A stretch of 64,000 nt of DNA, taken from the NCBI GenBank assembly GCA_977020255.1, contig CDROCS010000506.1, positions 1,922,001 to 1,986,000 on the forward strand, read 5' to 3'. The notes under the pieces were generated by a model that worked only from the letters and a program-made list of their open reading frames with translations, was not told the DNA's origin and made no database searches. Source of the stretch: Obrimoposthia wandeli. Taxonomy: Eukaryota. Position numbers and translations under genes: made by a program. Of this stretch, positions 63,176 through 64,000 are shown in pieces. Each line of letters opens with the position of its first letter. Positions within the stretch are counted from its first letter, which is position 1.

Positions 63176-64000
63176 ATGACTAAAAAAACTGTTGTTGTGG
63201 CATTAGGTGGGAACGCTCTATTACGTCGTGGCGAGCCATTAGAAGCTGAAATTCAACGTCAAAACATCGCGACGGCTGCCAAAGCCATTGCTGAAATAGC
63301 CAAAGAATATAATGTAGTACTCGTGCATGGTAACGGCCCTCAAGTTGGTTTACTAGCACTACAAGGATTGGAATACAAAGCTGTGAGCCCTTATCCACTT
63401 GATGTTTTAGGCTCTGAAACGCAAGGAATGATTGGTTACATTTTAATGCAAGAACTTAAAAACATACTGCCTGAACAGAATGTATCTTGCTTACTAACGC
63501 AGATGAGTGTTGATCCCAATGATCCTGCATTTGCAGACCCAACAAAACCAATTGGTCCCGTTTATGCCGAAAAAGAAGCGCGTGAATTAGCCGAAAAACA
63601 CAACTGGATTATCAAACCTGACGGCGAATATTTCCGCCGTGTAGTACCGAGCCCACAACCAACTGGCATTATTGAAAATGACGCGATTGCAGCCTTAATT
63701 CAACAGCAGCATTTGGTCATCTGTACTGGCGGCGGCGGTATTCCAGTAAGAAGTGAGAATGGCAAATTAATCGGTGTAGAAGCCGTTATCGATAAGGATA
63801 TGTCAGCTGCTTATCTCGCCAAACAACTTCAAGCAGATGCGTTATTGATTTTAACAGATGCGGACGCTGTATTTATCAATTGGGGAAAACCAACCCAAAC
63901 AGCACTACGCGCAACAACCCCCTTTGAGCTAGCACAACATAGTTTCGATGCAGGCTCTATGGGACCAAAAATTGAGGCCTCTTGTGAGTTCATTAAACAA
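63176..64000 (+). CDS. arcC: Carbamate kinase, 5' part (runs off window end)
   Basis: Manual translation MTKKTVVVALGGNALL...HGNGPQVG...GGGGIP...VIDKD...GSMGPK. Confidence 0.93.
   Translation, partial: MTKKTVVVALGGNALLRRGEPLEAEIQRQNIATAAKAIAEIAKEYNVVLVHGNGPQVGLLALQGLEYKAVSPYPLDVLGSETQGMIGYILMQELKNILPEQNVSCLLTQMSVDPNDPAFADPTKPIGPVYAEKEARELAEKHNWIIKPDGEYFRRVVPSPQPTGIIENDAIAALIQQQHLVICTGGGGIPVRSENGKLIGVEAVIDKDMSAAYLAKQLQADALLILTDADAVFINWGKPTQTALRATTPFELAQHSFDAGSMGPKIEASCEFIKQ

Noticed and set aside
53-63398. Many short ORFs overlapping real genes on the opposite strand or in shifted frames (e.g. 53..292, 2265..2630, 5438..5758, 60561..61040, 63180..63398)
   Set aside because: They are shadows of well-supported genes with no motifs or independent signals

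Overview
Core chromosomal segment of a marine gammaproteobacterium. The 16S sequence and gene order suggest Moritella, which is recalled from memory and not database-checked. Contents in order: metL (partial)/metJ, an S4-domain protein, maeB, rpmE, priA-argS-ftsN-hslVU, pldB-HAD, a lipoprotein, yhiN, a PhnA-like gene and serC. A complete minus-strand rRNA operon (16S-23S-5S, no spacer tRNA) follows, then the yrdA-aroE-tsaC-purE-yrdD-smg-dprA-LysM / def-fmt-rsmB-trkAH block, rmuC, a DksA paralog and creA. Next come six tRNAs interrupted by a 1467-aa MshQ-like adhesin, cytochrome c5, a degenerate GGDEF-EAL protein, rep, rpmBG, csdA, a five-gene BOF/two-component/PepSY cassette, csdE, a thiolase, tcdA and the start of an arginine deiminase locus (arcD, arcA, partial arcC). 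No integrase, transposase or CRISPR array was seen. The best leads are: (1) a DksA paralog with substituted ppGpp-site residues behind a sigma32-like promoter; (2) a BqsPQRS/CarO-like cassette splitting csdA from csdE; (3) an orphan MshQ-like gene between two identical tRNA-His copies; (4) an unannotated 41-aa basic CxxC protein.
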